Source: Leptospiraceae bacterium (lineage in GTDB: Bacteria > Spirochaetota > Leptospiria > Leptospirales > Leptonemataceae). Taken from it: a stretch of DNA of 64,000 nt. The stretch spans positions 256,001 through 320,000 of the forward strand of contig JAVJNR010000008.1 of the NCBI GenBank assembly GCA_040217195.1, in the 5' to 3' direction. Made by a program: the position numbers and the translations under genes. The notes beneath the pieces are model-generated. The model was not told the origin of the DNA. It did not search any database and worked only from the letters and a program-made list of their open reading frames with translations. Below are positions 41,552 through 51,859 of the stretch, in pieces. The first letter of the stretch is position 1. Each line of letters begins with the position of its first letter.

Positions 41552-41599
41552 ATCGTTCTCCAGGGGCCCCGTACGGGGCGTTTCAGGAGGATTCGCCTA

Positions 41600-42520
41600 T
41601 CAATAGGAGTTGTGGTCTTTCATATAATCGATAATTGTTTCGTTATATTTCTGACCATCCTTCTTGGAGTAACCATCCACCAGACGGTATAGCATGTTAA
41701 AATGATCCATCAGCTTTACGTAGAACTTCTGCTTGAATTTGTTTCGAAGCGGAAAGTTCGCCGTGTTATGCATGGTTCCCAGAACAACTGTATTGGGCAC
41801 TTTCTGATTGTAGCGGTGGAAGATATAAACGTCGTCCATGTTAGGAGTGTCCGGAGAAGGATCATAGATCACTTCCACGTTCTTGATTCCCATTTTGAAG
41901 TCGTCTTCCACGAGTCTGGTTACCACAGCATCCAGCTTCCAGGCCTGCTCAGCATCTGCCGCTCCTCCGGAAGGAGTGAAGAATAGAGTTACACTCTTTC
42001 TCACAGATCCAATGGCTTCTCGCTCCGGACCTTCACTGTAAATGAAGCCGAATTGTGTGAGCTCAATTCCATCCCGGTTTCCAAAGTTCAATGGCTGCAC
42101 CTGAAGACCAGCTGCCTGCGCTCTTTGAGCCTGGGTTTGAATTTGCTGCTGCAGAGTTTCTGGATCACCCAGTCCAACCAGCAGGAAAGGGGCGCTTTCC
42201 TTTACATAGCGAATGTAGGTATTTCTAGGAGTGAATTTGATATTACGAAATGTGTTTTTGAAATCGTAAGGATCCGCTTCTTCTTTCTGCTTGAGAATAC
42301 GGTCTTCCTTGGCCATGGGGACAAGGTGGCCAAACCCTCGAATTCGAGTGTAGGCATTCTGGATGTTAGCGTCCAGATTCTCTTCCGTTTTCTGCAGAGC
42401 TGGAAAGTTATCATTCTCGTATTTTACATCAACGAGAGAAGGGTCCTCCGCGCTCAATTGGGTTGTGATCAGAGCCGAGGCCCCAACCAGAATTAAAATC
42501 CTTTTCCAATGCTTGTTCAT
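41600..42520 (-). CDS. Exported protein resembling the leptospiral flagellar sheath protein FcpB
   Basis: Signal peptide. The C-terminus HNTANFPLRNKFKQKFYVKLMDHF...IDYMKDHNSY resembles the FcpB C-terminus as I recall it. It may be a paralog rather than the ortholog. Confidence 0.55.
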   Translation of the reverse strand: MNKHWKRILILVGASALITTQLSAEDPSLVDVKYENDNFPALQKTEENLDANIQNAYTRIRGFGHLVPMAKEDRILKQKEEADPYDFKNTFRNIKFTPRNTYIRYVKESAPFLLVGLGDPETLQQQIQTQAQRAQAAGLQVQPLNFGNRDGIELTQFGFIYSEGPEREAIGSVRKSVTLFFTPSGGAADAEQAWKLDAVVTRLVEDDFKMGIKNVEVIYDPSPDTPNMDDVYIFHRYNQKVPNTVVLGTMHNTANFPLRNKFKQKFYVKLMDHFNMLYRLVDGYSKKDGQKYNETIIDYMKDHNSY

Positions 42521-42616
42521 AGTTCCGTCCCTGGATATTTGGCGTCCCTCTTATTATAGGACAGTTAAAACCGGAAATTTACTCCCTGCAGCAAAAAAAA
42601 TGCCACAGGGACAAAA

Positions 42617-42982
42617 TTATGGGGCCGGATTAGCAGGCGCTGGTTGCTGAGCTGCGGGGGCTTCCGCGCCCGGATCCGCTACAGGAACCTGATCTAGATT
42701 GTCGGTCTGTTCCGTAGGCGCTCCTTCATCTGTGGGTGCCACAGGCGGGCTGTCTGCAAATGCAATGGCTGCCACGATGGCCAGAACGAAAAAAGCGATG
42801 CCTGCATAACCGGTTGCCTTTTCTACCACGTCTACAGTGGAGGAACCGAAGGCGCTCTGTGAGCCACCGCCGCCCATAATTCCCATGCTTCCACCCTTGC
42901 CGGACTGAATCAGCACCAGAAATATTAGCACCGCACAAACCAGAAAGAAGAGGATTACAACAACTGATTGTAGAATTTCCAT
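42617..42982 (-). CDS. secG: Preprotein translocase subunit SecG
   Basis: LVLIQSGKGG...GGGSQSAFGS and two TM segments. Confidence 0.93.
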   Translation of the reverse strand: MEILQSVVVILFFLVCAVLIFLVLIQSGKGGSMGIMGGGGSQSAFGSSTVDVVEKATGYAGIAFFVLAIVAAIAFADSPPVAPTDEGAPTEQTDNLDQVPVADPGAEAPAAQQPAPANPAP

Positions 42983-43013
42983 GATTTTCTCCTAAATTAT
43001 TCTATGATTTCGA

Positions 43014-44165
43014 TTAGCTGCCCAGAGCTCGAATACCCGGCAGACCACCTTTTAGAATGAATTCCCGTAGAGTCTTTCCATCGGGAATCAGAAAACGAAA
43101 ATCCTTTCCGCTACTGAGAGCCTGAGTGCAGGTGTCCTCTCCAGCCAGAATAAGACTTCCTTTGAATTTGGACAATGATTTGATCATTGCATTTGTGCCC
43201 TGGGCAAACTTGTCGATTTCCACAACACCCAGGGGACCGTACCATAGTATGGAAGACATTCCTTTCATCAGCCTCTCGTAGTTGCTCAGAGTTCTGGAAC
43301 CTATATCCACAGACATAAATCCGTCGGTTACGGAATGCTGAGAAAGGGATTTCACCTTGGCTTTTCTAGAAACCTGATCTGCGATTATATGATCCACAGG
43401 AATCAAAGCTTCAATTTCTTCTAGATCTGCCTTCTGCAATACCTGGAAAGAATCCACTTCCATACCATTATCGACAATGGATTCTGCCACCTGGATGGCC
43501 CTGGCTTTTAGCATGGTATTGGCAATTACGCCCCCGGCAGCAAATGCATCCAGAACTGGCATGAGCTTCTTGAAAAGCTCGGTCTTCCCGGCCACATCCA
43601 GGCCACCCAGAATGAGTCCAGATGGTCTTTGCTTTCCGCTAACGAATGAACTCAAAGCATCCCATTTTTGATATAGAGTGGGGCCGGCATAGTTTTCCAG
43701 CATTCCGGCAAGATGCTTCAAAGTTGCATATTCCAATCTACTGGCCACGAATGCATTGTTTACATAGGCATCGCACTGGGAGGCGATGGATTGTGCGAAG
43801 GATTTATCTCCCTTAACCTCTGCTTCCTGCAAAGCCAGGTTTTCCATCAATGCAACTTTGCTATTGTTAGAAAGACTTGCCAGATCCGCGACTGGCTGAG
43901 GCAGGAAATCCACTTTCATACCATCCAGTTTCTTCGATAGCTGTTCAGCCAGCCCCTGCAAAGTTGGAAGACTACCTCGGCCCTCTGGATTTCCGGTGTG
44001 ACCGGCCAGAACAACACTGGCGCCCCGGTCCAGAAGCATCTCGGTGGCCGAGCTAACCTCGGAAAGATAATAATCGCAGAAGGGGGATTCTGTATCCGCC
44101 AGATCTACACGCATGAGGATTCTTTGACCCTTAACCTGGGCCGTATCAATACGTGGCAAGGACAT
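43014..44165 (-). CDS. Phosphoglycerate kinase-like protein with a degenerate active site
   Basis: PGK fold motifs are recognisable (MRVD, LMENL, YVNNAF, GGVIANT, PVD, DIG..T, WYGPLGV.E...F..GT), but many catalytic residues are substituted. Confidence 0.8.
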   Translation of the reverse strand: MSLPRIDTAQVKGQRILMRVDLADTESPFCDYYLSEVSSATEMLLDRGASVVLAGHTGNPEGRGSLPTLQGLAEQLSKKLDGMKVDFLPQPVADLASLSNNSKVALMENLALQEAEVKGDKSFAQSIASQCDAYVNNAFVASRLEYATLKHLAGMLENYAGPTLYQKWDALSSFVSGKQRPSGLILGGLDVAGKTELFKKLMPVLDAFAAGGVIANTMLKARAIQVAESIVDNGMEVDSFQVLQKADLEEIEALIPVDHIIADQVSRKAKVKSLSQHSVTDGFMSVDIGSRTLSNYERLMKGMSSILWYGPLGVVEIDKFAQGTNAMIKSLSKFKGSLILAGEDTCTQALSSGKDFRFLIPDGKTLREFILKGGLPGIRALGS

Positions 44166-44358
44166 GATAGCAGGCATTTTTGACAGGCCCTGCGCGGAGC
44201 ATAGTGTTTTTCCTTTGCCTGATGCACGACTTCCACAACAGCATAAGCTCGGACCCGGCACTGGAAAGGAAGGTAATTGACGGCAGTAGAAGAGAGCAGA
44301 ATCCCGAAAAAGGAAGAACGGTTGCCTGTAAATCGCTTCGCGCTTACCTGGATACAGA

Positions 44359-45357
44359 ATGAAAAAGGGGCTACTGATTATTAATCTGGGAAGTCCGGAC
44401 TCCACCAGAGTGTCCGATGTACGATCCTACCTCAGGGAGTTTCTATCTGATCCGGACGTAATCGACCTGCCTGCCCTGGGAAGAAATCTGCTACTCTACG
44501 GAGTGATTCTTCCTTTTCGTCCTGCCAGAAGTGCCCATGCCTATCGCTCGATCTGGACGGAAAATGGTTCTCCGCTAATCTATCACACATCCATGCTACA
44601 AAAGTCCCTGGAATCCAGGCTGGATTTCCCGGTGAAGATGGCTATGAGATATGGAAATCCCTCTATTAAAAAAGCGCTGATAGAATTTCGTGCCCAGGGA
44701 GTGGAGAGAATCCATGCCATCGCACTCTATCCTCAGTATTCTACAGCTTCTATGGGCTCCAGTTATAAAGAGCTCATGCGGCAGAATGCAAGCCTTCAGG
44801 ACCCCCTGTACATTTCTACCGAGCCTGCCTTTTTTGATGATTCACTGTTTCTGGATGCCTGGGCAGAAATGATTCGTCCAGGATGCGATACAGATTCCCA
44901 TGTAATCTTTTCCTTTCACGGTATCCCGGAACGACAGGTATTGAAGTCCAGTTATGATGGGAGCTGCGAACTGGGGCAGTGCTGTGATCGCCAGACTCCA
45001 TCCTTTTGCTACCGGGCTCAGTGCCTGTCCACGGCAACGAGTCTGGCCAGAAGGCTGAATTTGAAAGAAGGCTCCTGGGAAATGACCTTTCAATCCAGAC
45101 TGGGCCGAACTCCCTGGTTAACTCCGTATACAGATCTGCGCCTGGAAGAGTTACCTTCGGAGGGCAAAAAGAAGATTGTGATGGTTTCGCCTTCCTTTGT
45201 ATCGGATTGCCTGGAAACTCTGGAGGAACTGAATATCCGTGGCAGGCAGGATTTTATGGCAGCTGGCGGAGAAGAGTTTCAATTCATACCATCCCTGAAT
45301 GAAAATGAGACCTGGATCCGGGCAGTGGCTCGCATGGCTCAAAAAGCACTGAACTGA
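44359..45357 (+). CDS. hemH: Ferrochelatase
   Basis: NLGSP, MRYGNP, LYPQYS, SFHGIP, FQSRLG and DCLETLEE. Confidence 0.96.
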   Translation: MKKGLLIINLGSPDSTRVSDVRSYLREFLSDPDVIDLPALGRNLLLYGVILPFRPARSAHAYRSIWTENGSPLIYHTSMLQKSLESRLDFPVKMAMRYGNPSIKKALIEFRAQGVERIHAIALYPQYSTASMGSSYKELMRQNASLQDPLYISTEPAFFDDSLFLDAWAEMIRPGCDTDSHVIFSFHGIPERQVLKSSYDGSCELGQCCDRQTPSFCYRAQCLSTATSLARRLNLKEGSWEMTFQSRLGRTPWLTPYTDLRLEELPSEGKKKIVMVSPSFVSDCLETLEELNIRGRQDFMAAGGEEFQFIPSLNENETWIRAVARMAQKALN

Positions 45358-45529
45358 TATTAAATCGGAATACTCAATAGATTACCCGGAGATAGCCCGA
45401 GGCCTGGATACCCGGTTATGGAACTCCAGAGGGGGGATCGTCCTTCCAGAGTAGCTTAGAAGAGCTGAAAAAAGCGTTCAGCCCCTCTAACGGACGTCCG
45501 ACCTTTTAGGTGGAGAACTGGAGCTTTCA

Positions 45530-46552
45530 ATGAATCGATTAATTTCTATTACTGCCACTACTGCACTGAGCGCTTTGATAGGGGTCAATTGCGTGACCAA
45601 CAATATCAATAGCCCTGGCCATGGAACCAGAAGTGGCGAGGATGCCTTTTTTCAGGAGCTCAGCGGCCAGGACGATGCCTTTGAAAGCCGTCCCGCCGGA
45701 GACCAGAAAACCCATGATGCGAATTGCAATTGTGATCCAAAGTCATCCCCTCCTGGTTATGCTCATACAGACACGGACCGGAGCAATGATGCTTCGGATC
45801 GGCCATCGAATCGAAAAACTCAGATAGATGAAAATGTGGCCACAGATATGGATCCGGATCATACAAATCCGGAGAATAATCGCCCGGAGCCCACAGAAGT
45901 AAATCTGCAAAACTTCGAATTAACAGGTACGGCTTCCTGGTATGGCCGGGATTTTGATGGCAAGCCTACGGCCAGCGGTGAGATGTTCGATTCTCGCAAA
46001 CTCACGGGAGCTCATAAAGAATTACCTCTGGGCACTATGGTCATGGTCAAAAACCTGGAAAATGATAAAGAAGTAATGCTAAAAATAAACGATCGTGGCC
46101 CATTCGTAGAAGGTAGGATCCTGGATGTAAGCGAATACGCAGCAGAAGTTCTGGGATTTAAAGAACAGGGGCTGACTACTGTAGGCATTCGAATCATCCG
46201 CACCGGAGACAAGAAGAAAGCCAATGATGGTGCCACCGCAGATTTCTTTAAGGAAGGCCATAAGAGTCAGCCTCTACCCTCAGAGCGAAACCTGAATGAT
46301 CGTGATGTGATTGAAGAGAGGTCTTTTAAGGACTATTCGGTTCAGGTTGGAATGTTTTCTACTCTGGAAAATGCGAATCGGATGAAAACATTTCTCCAGA
46401 AGTTCAATCAGCCTGTTTTCATACTAAAGCGTTCCAACGGAGAGTATGTCGTTAGAGTGGGGCAATTCAACGAACGATATCCTGCAGAACAGTTGAAGTT
46501 GAAGCTTAGCTCGGAAGGCTACAGCGGATTTGTGAGCGAACCAGTTTACTAA
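45530..46552 (+). CDS. rlpA: RlpA-family septal lytic transglycosylase lipoprotein with SPOR domain
   Basis: Lipobox GVNC, GTASWYG..F.G..TASGE, INDRGPF...RILDVS and C-terminal SPOR (VQVGMFS). Confidence 0.9.
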   Translation: MNRLISITATTALSALIGVNCVTNNINSPGHGTRSGEDAFFQELSGQDDAFESRPAGDQKTHDANCNCDPKSSPPGYAHTDTDRSNDASDRPSNRKTQIDENVATDMDPDHTNPENNRPEPTEVNLQNFELTGTASWYGRDFDGKPTASGEMFDSRKLTGAHKELPLGTMVMVKNLENDKEVMLKINDRGPFVEGRILDVSEYAAEVLGFKEQGLTTVGIRIIRTGDKKKANDGATADFFKEGHKSQPLPSERNLNDRDVIEERSFKDYSVQVGMFSTLENANRMKTFLQKFNQPVFILKRSNGEYVVRVGQFNERYPAEQLKLKLSSEGYSGFVSEPVY

Positions 46553-46592
46553 ATATCAGTCCCTTGGTTAAACAGCACTCGGTGTTTCAAAT

Positions 46593-46620
46593 AGAAGGCC
46601 TCGCATATGAGGCCTTTCTT
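46593..46620. terminator. Bidirectional terminator between the convergent rlpA and gpmI genes
   Basis: AGAAGGCCTCG-CATA-TGAGGCCTTTCT hairpin with A/T-rich flanks. Confidence 0.65.
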
Positions 46621-46698
46621 ATTTTAGAGCCAGTGTGTCGTAGAAAAAACGGAGGCCGAGTTCTACATTCTCCTGCGGCAATTAGATCCAGCAACCTC

Positions 46699-48396
46699 CT
46701 ACTTTGGTTTAACCAGAGATGGTCGGTAGTTTGCCGGTGGTTCGTAGCCAAGCAATGTCAGAACTGTAGAGGCAATATTCGATAGGCCTCCATCGTCCAG
46801 ACCGCTGGATGTGAATTGATCCACTCCTTTTCCAGTTATTACAAAGGGAACTGGATTCAAGGTATGACTTGTTTTTGCAGAAAATGAGCCATCGCTTTTC
46901 TTCTTTGGCTCTCCGGTTTTCTTATCTGTCTCTATCATCTCCTCACAGTTTCCATGGTCAGCTGTGACGATTAGGGCAGCCCCGGTTTGCTCACAGGCCT
47001 CTATCAGAGACTTCAGCGATGCATCCACGGATTCGATGGATTCTATGGCTGCTTGGAGAACCCCTGTATGGCCGACCATATCGCCGTTTGCATAGTTGAC
47101 CCTCAGAAAAGAGTATTCGCCGGACTTAAGGGCTTTGATCAAAGCTTCGGTAATTTCCGGTGCCTTCATGGCCGGCTTCTGTTCAAAAGGAATTACATCG
47201 GATGGAATTTCTTCCCAGACTTCCAGCGAGTCATCGAATTTCTGAGAATTGTTTCCGTTCCAGAAGTATGTAACGTGACCAAATTTCTGGGTTTCGCTAA
47301 GAGCATACGTTTTTAAACCAGTTTTTACCATATACTCGGACAATGTCTCGTCGATTTCGGGAGGAGGCACCAGGTACAGAGAGGGGATCTTTAAATCTCC
47401 ATCGTATTCCATCATTCCGGCGAAATGGACTTTGACCTCGGGCTCCCTTTTAAATTCAGAGAAGTTCTCCTCGGAAAGAGCTCGACTCATTTCCATGGCC
47501 CTGTCTCCCCGAAAGTTAAAGAATATAACTGCATCTCCATTCTGGATCCGGCCAACCGGCTGGCCATTCTCGGTAATTACGAATGGCGGTAGATCCTGGT
47601 CGATGATTCCGGGCTTTTCGGACCTGGCTTTTTCAATGGCTTCTGTGGCATTGGAAAAACCAGGTGCATCGCCAGCCACATGGGTTTTCCATCCTTTCTC
47701 TACCATGGGCCAGTTCGCATCATAGCGATCCATGGTAATGTTCATTCGTCCTCCGCCGGAGGCTATGCGGTAGTTCTTCCCGCCTGGATCCAGTTCCTTC
47801 AGAGTGCTCTCCAGCTGATCCACATAAGTCAGAGCACTAACTTCATTTACATCCCTTCCATCCAGAAGGATGTGTACCCTTACCTGTTCAACACCGGACT
47901 CATGGCATTTGCGCAGCATTGCCAGAAGATGATCAATATGACTGTGAACATTTCCATCGGACAGAAGACCCATGAAGTGCACAACGGGCAGGGAGCCGTC
48001 CGATTTTGGAGTGAGAGCAGTTCCCGGGTTTTCCCTGGTTCCGATGAAACTCATCCATCGTTCATCCGTGAAGATGGCGCCTGATTGAACAGCCTTACCC
48101 ACCAGCTTGGCACCCTGATCGAAAATCCGCCCGGCCCCGATGGCATTGTGACCTACCTCTGAATTGCCCATATCATCATCGCCGGGCATACCAACGGCCT
48201 TGCCATGGGCCTGTATCTGGAGGCTTATCGGTGCGCTTTCAATTAAACCTTTGATCGTAGGTGCATTTGCCAGATCCAGGGCATTGCCGGGATAACCTTG
48301 CTGCTTTCCTTTAAAAAGGCCAACTCCATCCATGATCACCAGAACCAGGGGACCAGCAATACCATTGTTGTTGGATTTAAGAGCAGAGACAGTCAT
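46699..48396 (-). CDS. gpmI: 2,3-bisphosphoglycerate-independent phosphoglycerate mutase
   Basis: MGNSEVGH, SDGNVHSH, NFRGDR, DMVGHTG, TADHGN and TSHTLNPVP. Confidence 0.97.
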   Translation of the reverse strand: MTVSALKSNNNGIAGPLVLVIMDGVGLFKGKQQGYPGNALDLANAPTIKGLIESAPISLQIQAHGKAVGMPGDDDMGNSEVGHNAIGAGRIFDQGAKLVGKAVQSGAIFTDERWMSFIGTRENPGTALTPKSDGSLPVVHFMGLLSDGNVHSHIDHLLAMLRKCHESGVEQVRVHILLDGRDVNEVSALTYVDQLESTLKELDPGGKNYRIASGGGRMNITMDRYDANWPMVEKGWKTHVAGDAPGFSNATEAIEKARSEKPGIIDQDLPPFVITENGQPVGRIQNGDAVIFFNFRGDRAMEMSRALSEENFSEFKREPEVKVHFAGMMEYDGDLKIPSLYLVPPPEIDETLSEYMVKTGLKTYALSETQKFGHVTYFWNGNNSQKFDDSLEVWEEIPSDVIPFEQKPAMKAPEITEALIKALKSGEYSFLRVNYANGDMVGHTGVLQAAIESIESVDASLKSLIEACEQTGAALIVTADHGNCEEMIETDKKTGEPKKKSDGSFSAKTSHTLNPVPFVITGKGVDQFTSSGLDDGGLSNIASTVLTLLGYEPPANYRPSLVKPK

Positions 48397-48424
48397 ACCT
48401 CTGGAATCTGCTCACAGGGTCTGG

Positions 48425-49519
48425 TTACAAGTGCTTTTTGGAGGTTTCCTGCGGTCCGGCTATGTGCTGCAACTGTCGGGTTTTTCTTTCTACACGAACG
48501 GAAAGATATCCCAGTAGCTCTGTTCGATTCATTCCCTGATCCAGTAAGAAACTCACAGGTAGAAACGCTCCAGGGGCTCGGATGTACCGTAGCACCCGAC
48601 GAAGGCCTATGTTTGCGCCTTCTTTTGCAGCCCGGCCCAGGAGCCGATTGCCCAGTTGCTTCCAGTTCAAATCTTGCTGTCCATCCATTTCAGTAAGAAT
48701 CACCCCAATCAAGGGAAAACCGGGAACCAGCGATGAAAGGACGCGCATCCATGTACTGTTCATCATTTTGCTAATTGGGGCGCTTTCTGGAGGCTCTTCG
48801 AATCTAGCGATCATTTCCTTCAGCCGATTCCTTAGCGCTTCTTCAGTAATACCAGCATCCAGTAACTCTTTTCCGCGATCATAGTATGCCAGAACCTGTT
48901 CGCGCAGGTCTAGATTGGCACTGCCATCTTCGTTTAGGATCACCGGACCTTCACCAGACTTGCTTTTCCTGGGCATCTGGCACTTTTGCCTGGGTTCAAG
49001 ATAGAGAGGGCCCAGTCGCCTGGAACGCTGGAGTATTTCGGTGAATTCCCGGGAATAGATTTCTGCTCGTCTGTGGGAATCCTTTTGCTCGAAGGAAACC
49101 AGGACTGCCTCGGTTAGTGGTCTGTATCGACTGACCAGAGCTTCATCGTATAGACGATTCAGTCCGGGAAGTAGTCTTTTATAGTTCTTTCTCCAGAAGC
49201 GATTTCGAATACCGAATCGCCTTTTTAGTTCATGGAAGGCACCGGAATCATGAAAGTAATCCCTGGGATCTTCCGAGCTGCCAGTGTCTGGCTGAAGAGC
49301 TGGATCCCGTTCTGGACGTACTTTCGAAAATGGAACCTGTGCAGTCTGCCCTTTTTGCCCTGGACTTTTTTTTGCGGTCAGGGATTTCAATTCTTGATCC
49401 GGAGTATCCTCGATTTCGCGAATTATCCTATCTTCTAGCTTCTGCGTTTCTTCCAGGTTATGCCAGAAGGAATCTTCAGCTTTGCCCTTGCCTGGCTGAT
49501 CTGTTTCTTTATCCTTCAT
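48425..49519 (-). CDS. Hypothetical protein
   Basis: 364-aa ORF co-oriented with its neighbours, AGGAG RBS. No family recognised. Confidence 0.6.
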   Translation of the reverse strand: MKDKETDQPGKGKAEDSFWHNLEETQKLEDRIIREIEDTPDQELKSLTAKKSPGQKGQTAQVPFSKVRPERDPALQPDTGSSEDPRDYFHDSGAFHELKRRFGIRNRFWRKNYKRLLPGLNRLYDEALVSRYRPLTEAVLVSFEQKDSHRRAEIYSREFTEILQRSRRLGPLYLEPRQKCQMPRKSKSGEGPVILNEDGSANLDLREQVLAYYDRGKELLDAGITEEALRNRLKEMIARFEEPPESAPISKMMNSTWMRVLSSLVPGFPLIGVILTEMDGQQDLNWKQLGNRLLGRAAKEGANIGLRRVLRYIRAPGAFLPVSFLLDQGMNRTELLGYLSVRVERKTRQLQHIAGPQETSKKHL

Positions 49520-49614
49520 GTAATCTCCTGAGTTTGAACAGTGACCAATTTGCAGCGCCTGGTTGGCCAGCCAATCGCATCAAGCAGTTGTATCTGGGCC
49601 AGAATCCAGGTCAG

Positions 49615-50058
49615 CTATTGAAACAATGCGGCGAAGAGGGCAGCCAGGGATGCAAAGAATGCCAGTATAGAAAGAAAACGGGCCACTCGGGCGTCTGTGC
49701 GAATCCTTTCCTGGCCTTCCACAGTGAAGAAATCCGGATCTTTCTGGCGCATCTCTTTTAATCGACTGATCAAATCCGCGCTCAAACGCGCTTCTTCCAG
49801 ACTGGATTGCCGCTTCTCCAGCCCATCCATTCGATCATTTAGATGCAACAGAATCTCTCCGTACACCTCCGAATATTCCTGTATGCGATCCTCCAGGCTC
49901 TTGCCGGTTAAACTGCCGGCCAGATTTCCCAGACTATCTCCTACAGCTTTTGCTGCTTCTGCAGTAAACGATGCAAATCGATCAAATCCTGAGCCAGAGC
50001 CCGGATCCATCTCATCAGCAAAATCCTTACCCAGTTGCCTGTTTTCTTCCTGGCTCAT
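49615..50058 (-). CDS. Hypothetical coiled-coil protein with a C-terminal TM anchor
   Basis: Helical/coiled-coil body ending in the hydrophobic tail FLSILAFFASLAALFAALFQ. Confidence 0.6.
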   Translation of the reverse strand: MSQEENRQLGKDFADEMDPGSGSGFDRFASFTAEAAKAVGDSLGNLAGSLTGKSLEDRIQEYSEVYGEILLHLNDRMDGLEKRQSSLEEARLSADLISRLKEMRQKDPDFFTVEGQERIRTDARVARFLSILAFFASLAALFAALFQ

Positions 50059-50092
50059 ATTGCGAATCTGATACAGCTTGCCTGAGATTCGA

Positions 50093-51487
50093 TCACTTTT
50101 TCTCTACTTCAGCCAGTTCTCGAAGCACTGTCTTCTCATCGTATCGAATAAAGAAAATCACAGCCAGAATGCAAAGAATCATTCCTGCAATTCCGCTAAA
50201 TCGAATGCCCGTGTCCTGACCGGGATCTACCCCAAAGACAGTAAGTCCTGCAAAAATAAATAGGCCGGCCGTTTGCCCGAACTTTTGCATGAATGTTCGA
50301 GCGCCAAAATACATTCCTTCCTGTTTGATTCCAGTTTTGTAAGCGTCATGTTCTGCAATGTCTGCCAGTACAGCGTTCTGTAAGATTCCCAGAAATGCAT
50401 TGGGCACAGCCGCACTGACGGCAAGAATCAATCCCTGCACGAGAGGAGGCAACGGTAAAGGTCCCAGAAAGAAGATGTAGAGAAAGACAAAGGCATAGAA
50501 GGCAAAGGAGCTCAATACCAGGATCCGCTTTCCAAACAGTCTGGCGAGGATATTGACCAGCGGATATAGAGCAAAAGAAGCGATGGTCATTACAACCATC
50601 AACAGTCCGGCTAATTGTTTACCCTCGGTCGGATCCTCCGGATAGAGCAATACCGTAGCATAATAAAGAACGCCGGTCAGTATGATCGTAAGTGCACAGA
50701 AATAAACGAAATCTGAGAATACGAAAGCAATAAAGTTTTTATTCCGAAAGGAAGTCTTGAGCGCATCCATAACGGGCACCTGAGATGGTTCGCTTTCGCA
50801 GTAGCGTTTTTCATCAATAATAAATACTGGCACAAACATTAGTATTACAGCAATTACGGCCAGGATAGCTGTAGCCATCTGAAAGCCTTCTGCCGTGGAC
50901 AGTCCCATGGATCCCTCCAGAGCGCTACCGATGGCAGGTGTCTGGGCGGCCAGCATCAAACCAAGAGCCCAGGTAATGGAAATCCAGGTACTCAAGTTAA
51001 GTTTCTGAGTGGCATTGTGCCCCAGTTCAGGAAGCAACGCAAAGAACGGAGTTACGTACATCGTAACAAATAGAAAGAACAGAAGCTGAATAATCACAAG
51101 ATAGGTAAAGTTCATCCAGGAGCCTGGCTCAAATACTGGAATAAACATCAGCACACAGAATACAGCAGCCGGTATGGCTCCAATGGCCATAAAGGGAATA
51201 CGGCGTCCCCGGGGATTCTTTGAGCGATCGCTCAGGTTGGCAATCAAGGGGTCGGTTATCGCATCGAACAATCGACCGCTAACAGTAAGCAAGACCACGG
51301 ATGTAATCACCACAAGAATTTCAAACCTGGGAAGGAATTGCTCAATCCCTGCATCTGCTGGCGGACTATAGAAAAATACAAGCTGGACACCAAGTATGTT
51401 TACTATAGTAGACCATCCAAATTGCCCGATGGCATAGGCTATCTGTTTCCATAGTGGTAGATCTTCCACCGGAGCTTTTTGTTGCAT
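50093..51487 (-). CDS. MFS transporter, GPH (MelB-like) family
   Basis: DAITDPLIANLSDR...GRRIPF and LADIAEHD...EGMYFG. AAGGA RBS before ATG 51487. Confidence 0.9.
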   Translation of the reverse strand: MQQKAPVEDLPLWKQIAYAIGQFGWSTIVNILGVQLVFFYSPPADAGIEQFLPRFEILVVITSVVLLTVSGRLFDAITDPLIANLSDRSKNPRGRRIPFMAIGAIPAAVFCVLMFIPVFEPGSWMNFTYLVIIQLLFFLFVTMYVTPFFALLPELGHNATQKLNLSTWISITWALGLMLAAQTPAIGSALEGSMGLSTAEGFQMATAILAVIAVILMFVPVFIIDEKRYCESEPSQVPVMDALKTSFRNKNFIAFVFSDFVYFCALTIILTGVLYYATVLLYPEDPTEGKQLAGLLMVVMTIASFALYPLVNILARLFGKRILVLSSFAFYAFVFLYIFFLGPLPLPPLVQGLILAVSAAVPNAFLGILQNAVLADIAEHDAYKTGIKQEGMYFGARTFMQKFGQTAGLFIFAGLTVFGVDPGQDTGIRFSGIAGMILCILAVIFFIRYDEKTVLRELAEVEKK

Positions 51488-51859
51488 GAAACGTTTCCTT
51501 CTATGTCGTTTGCAGCCCTGATGGGCCAGAGCGCTACCCTGAATGGATGAAGGCAGCGCTGGCAAGCATTTACCGAATGAGCTATCCCTGAACGAAAAAA
51601 TCCATGCAGTATAGAAACCACTTATCTGTGTTACCTGTATTCCCTTTGTTACAAGGATAAGGTACGTTACAGAAATCTGGAAGCCGGGAAGAAGACCTGA
51701 AAGGATCTTTAGAAAACAGGATACAACGGCGTCCATTATAGTACACTGATTGTGGCAGTGGCCGCCCGCGGTCTGGACATGGAAGAGATTGACTCAAAAG
51801 TCAACGCTCTGACCATGGATGTAGAAGGCCTCGCGCCTGCCCAAAGGAGGATACAGTCC

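Noticed and set aside
42541..42585. Sigma-28 promoter for the FcpB-like gene
   Set aside because: TAAA...TCCTATAA has off spacing and mismatches. The perfect TATAAT is a simpler sigma-70 explanation.
51488..51859. N-terminal extensions in the ORF track for the MFS transporter and acyl-CoA dehydrogenase (similarly pgk-like, gatC, secA)
   Set aside because: Downstream ATGs have better RBS and/or match the family N-termini. The extensions cover divergent promoter regions.
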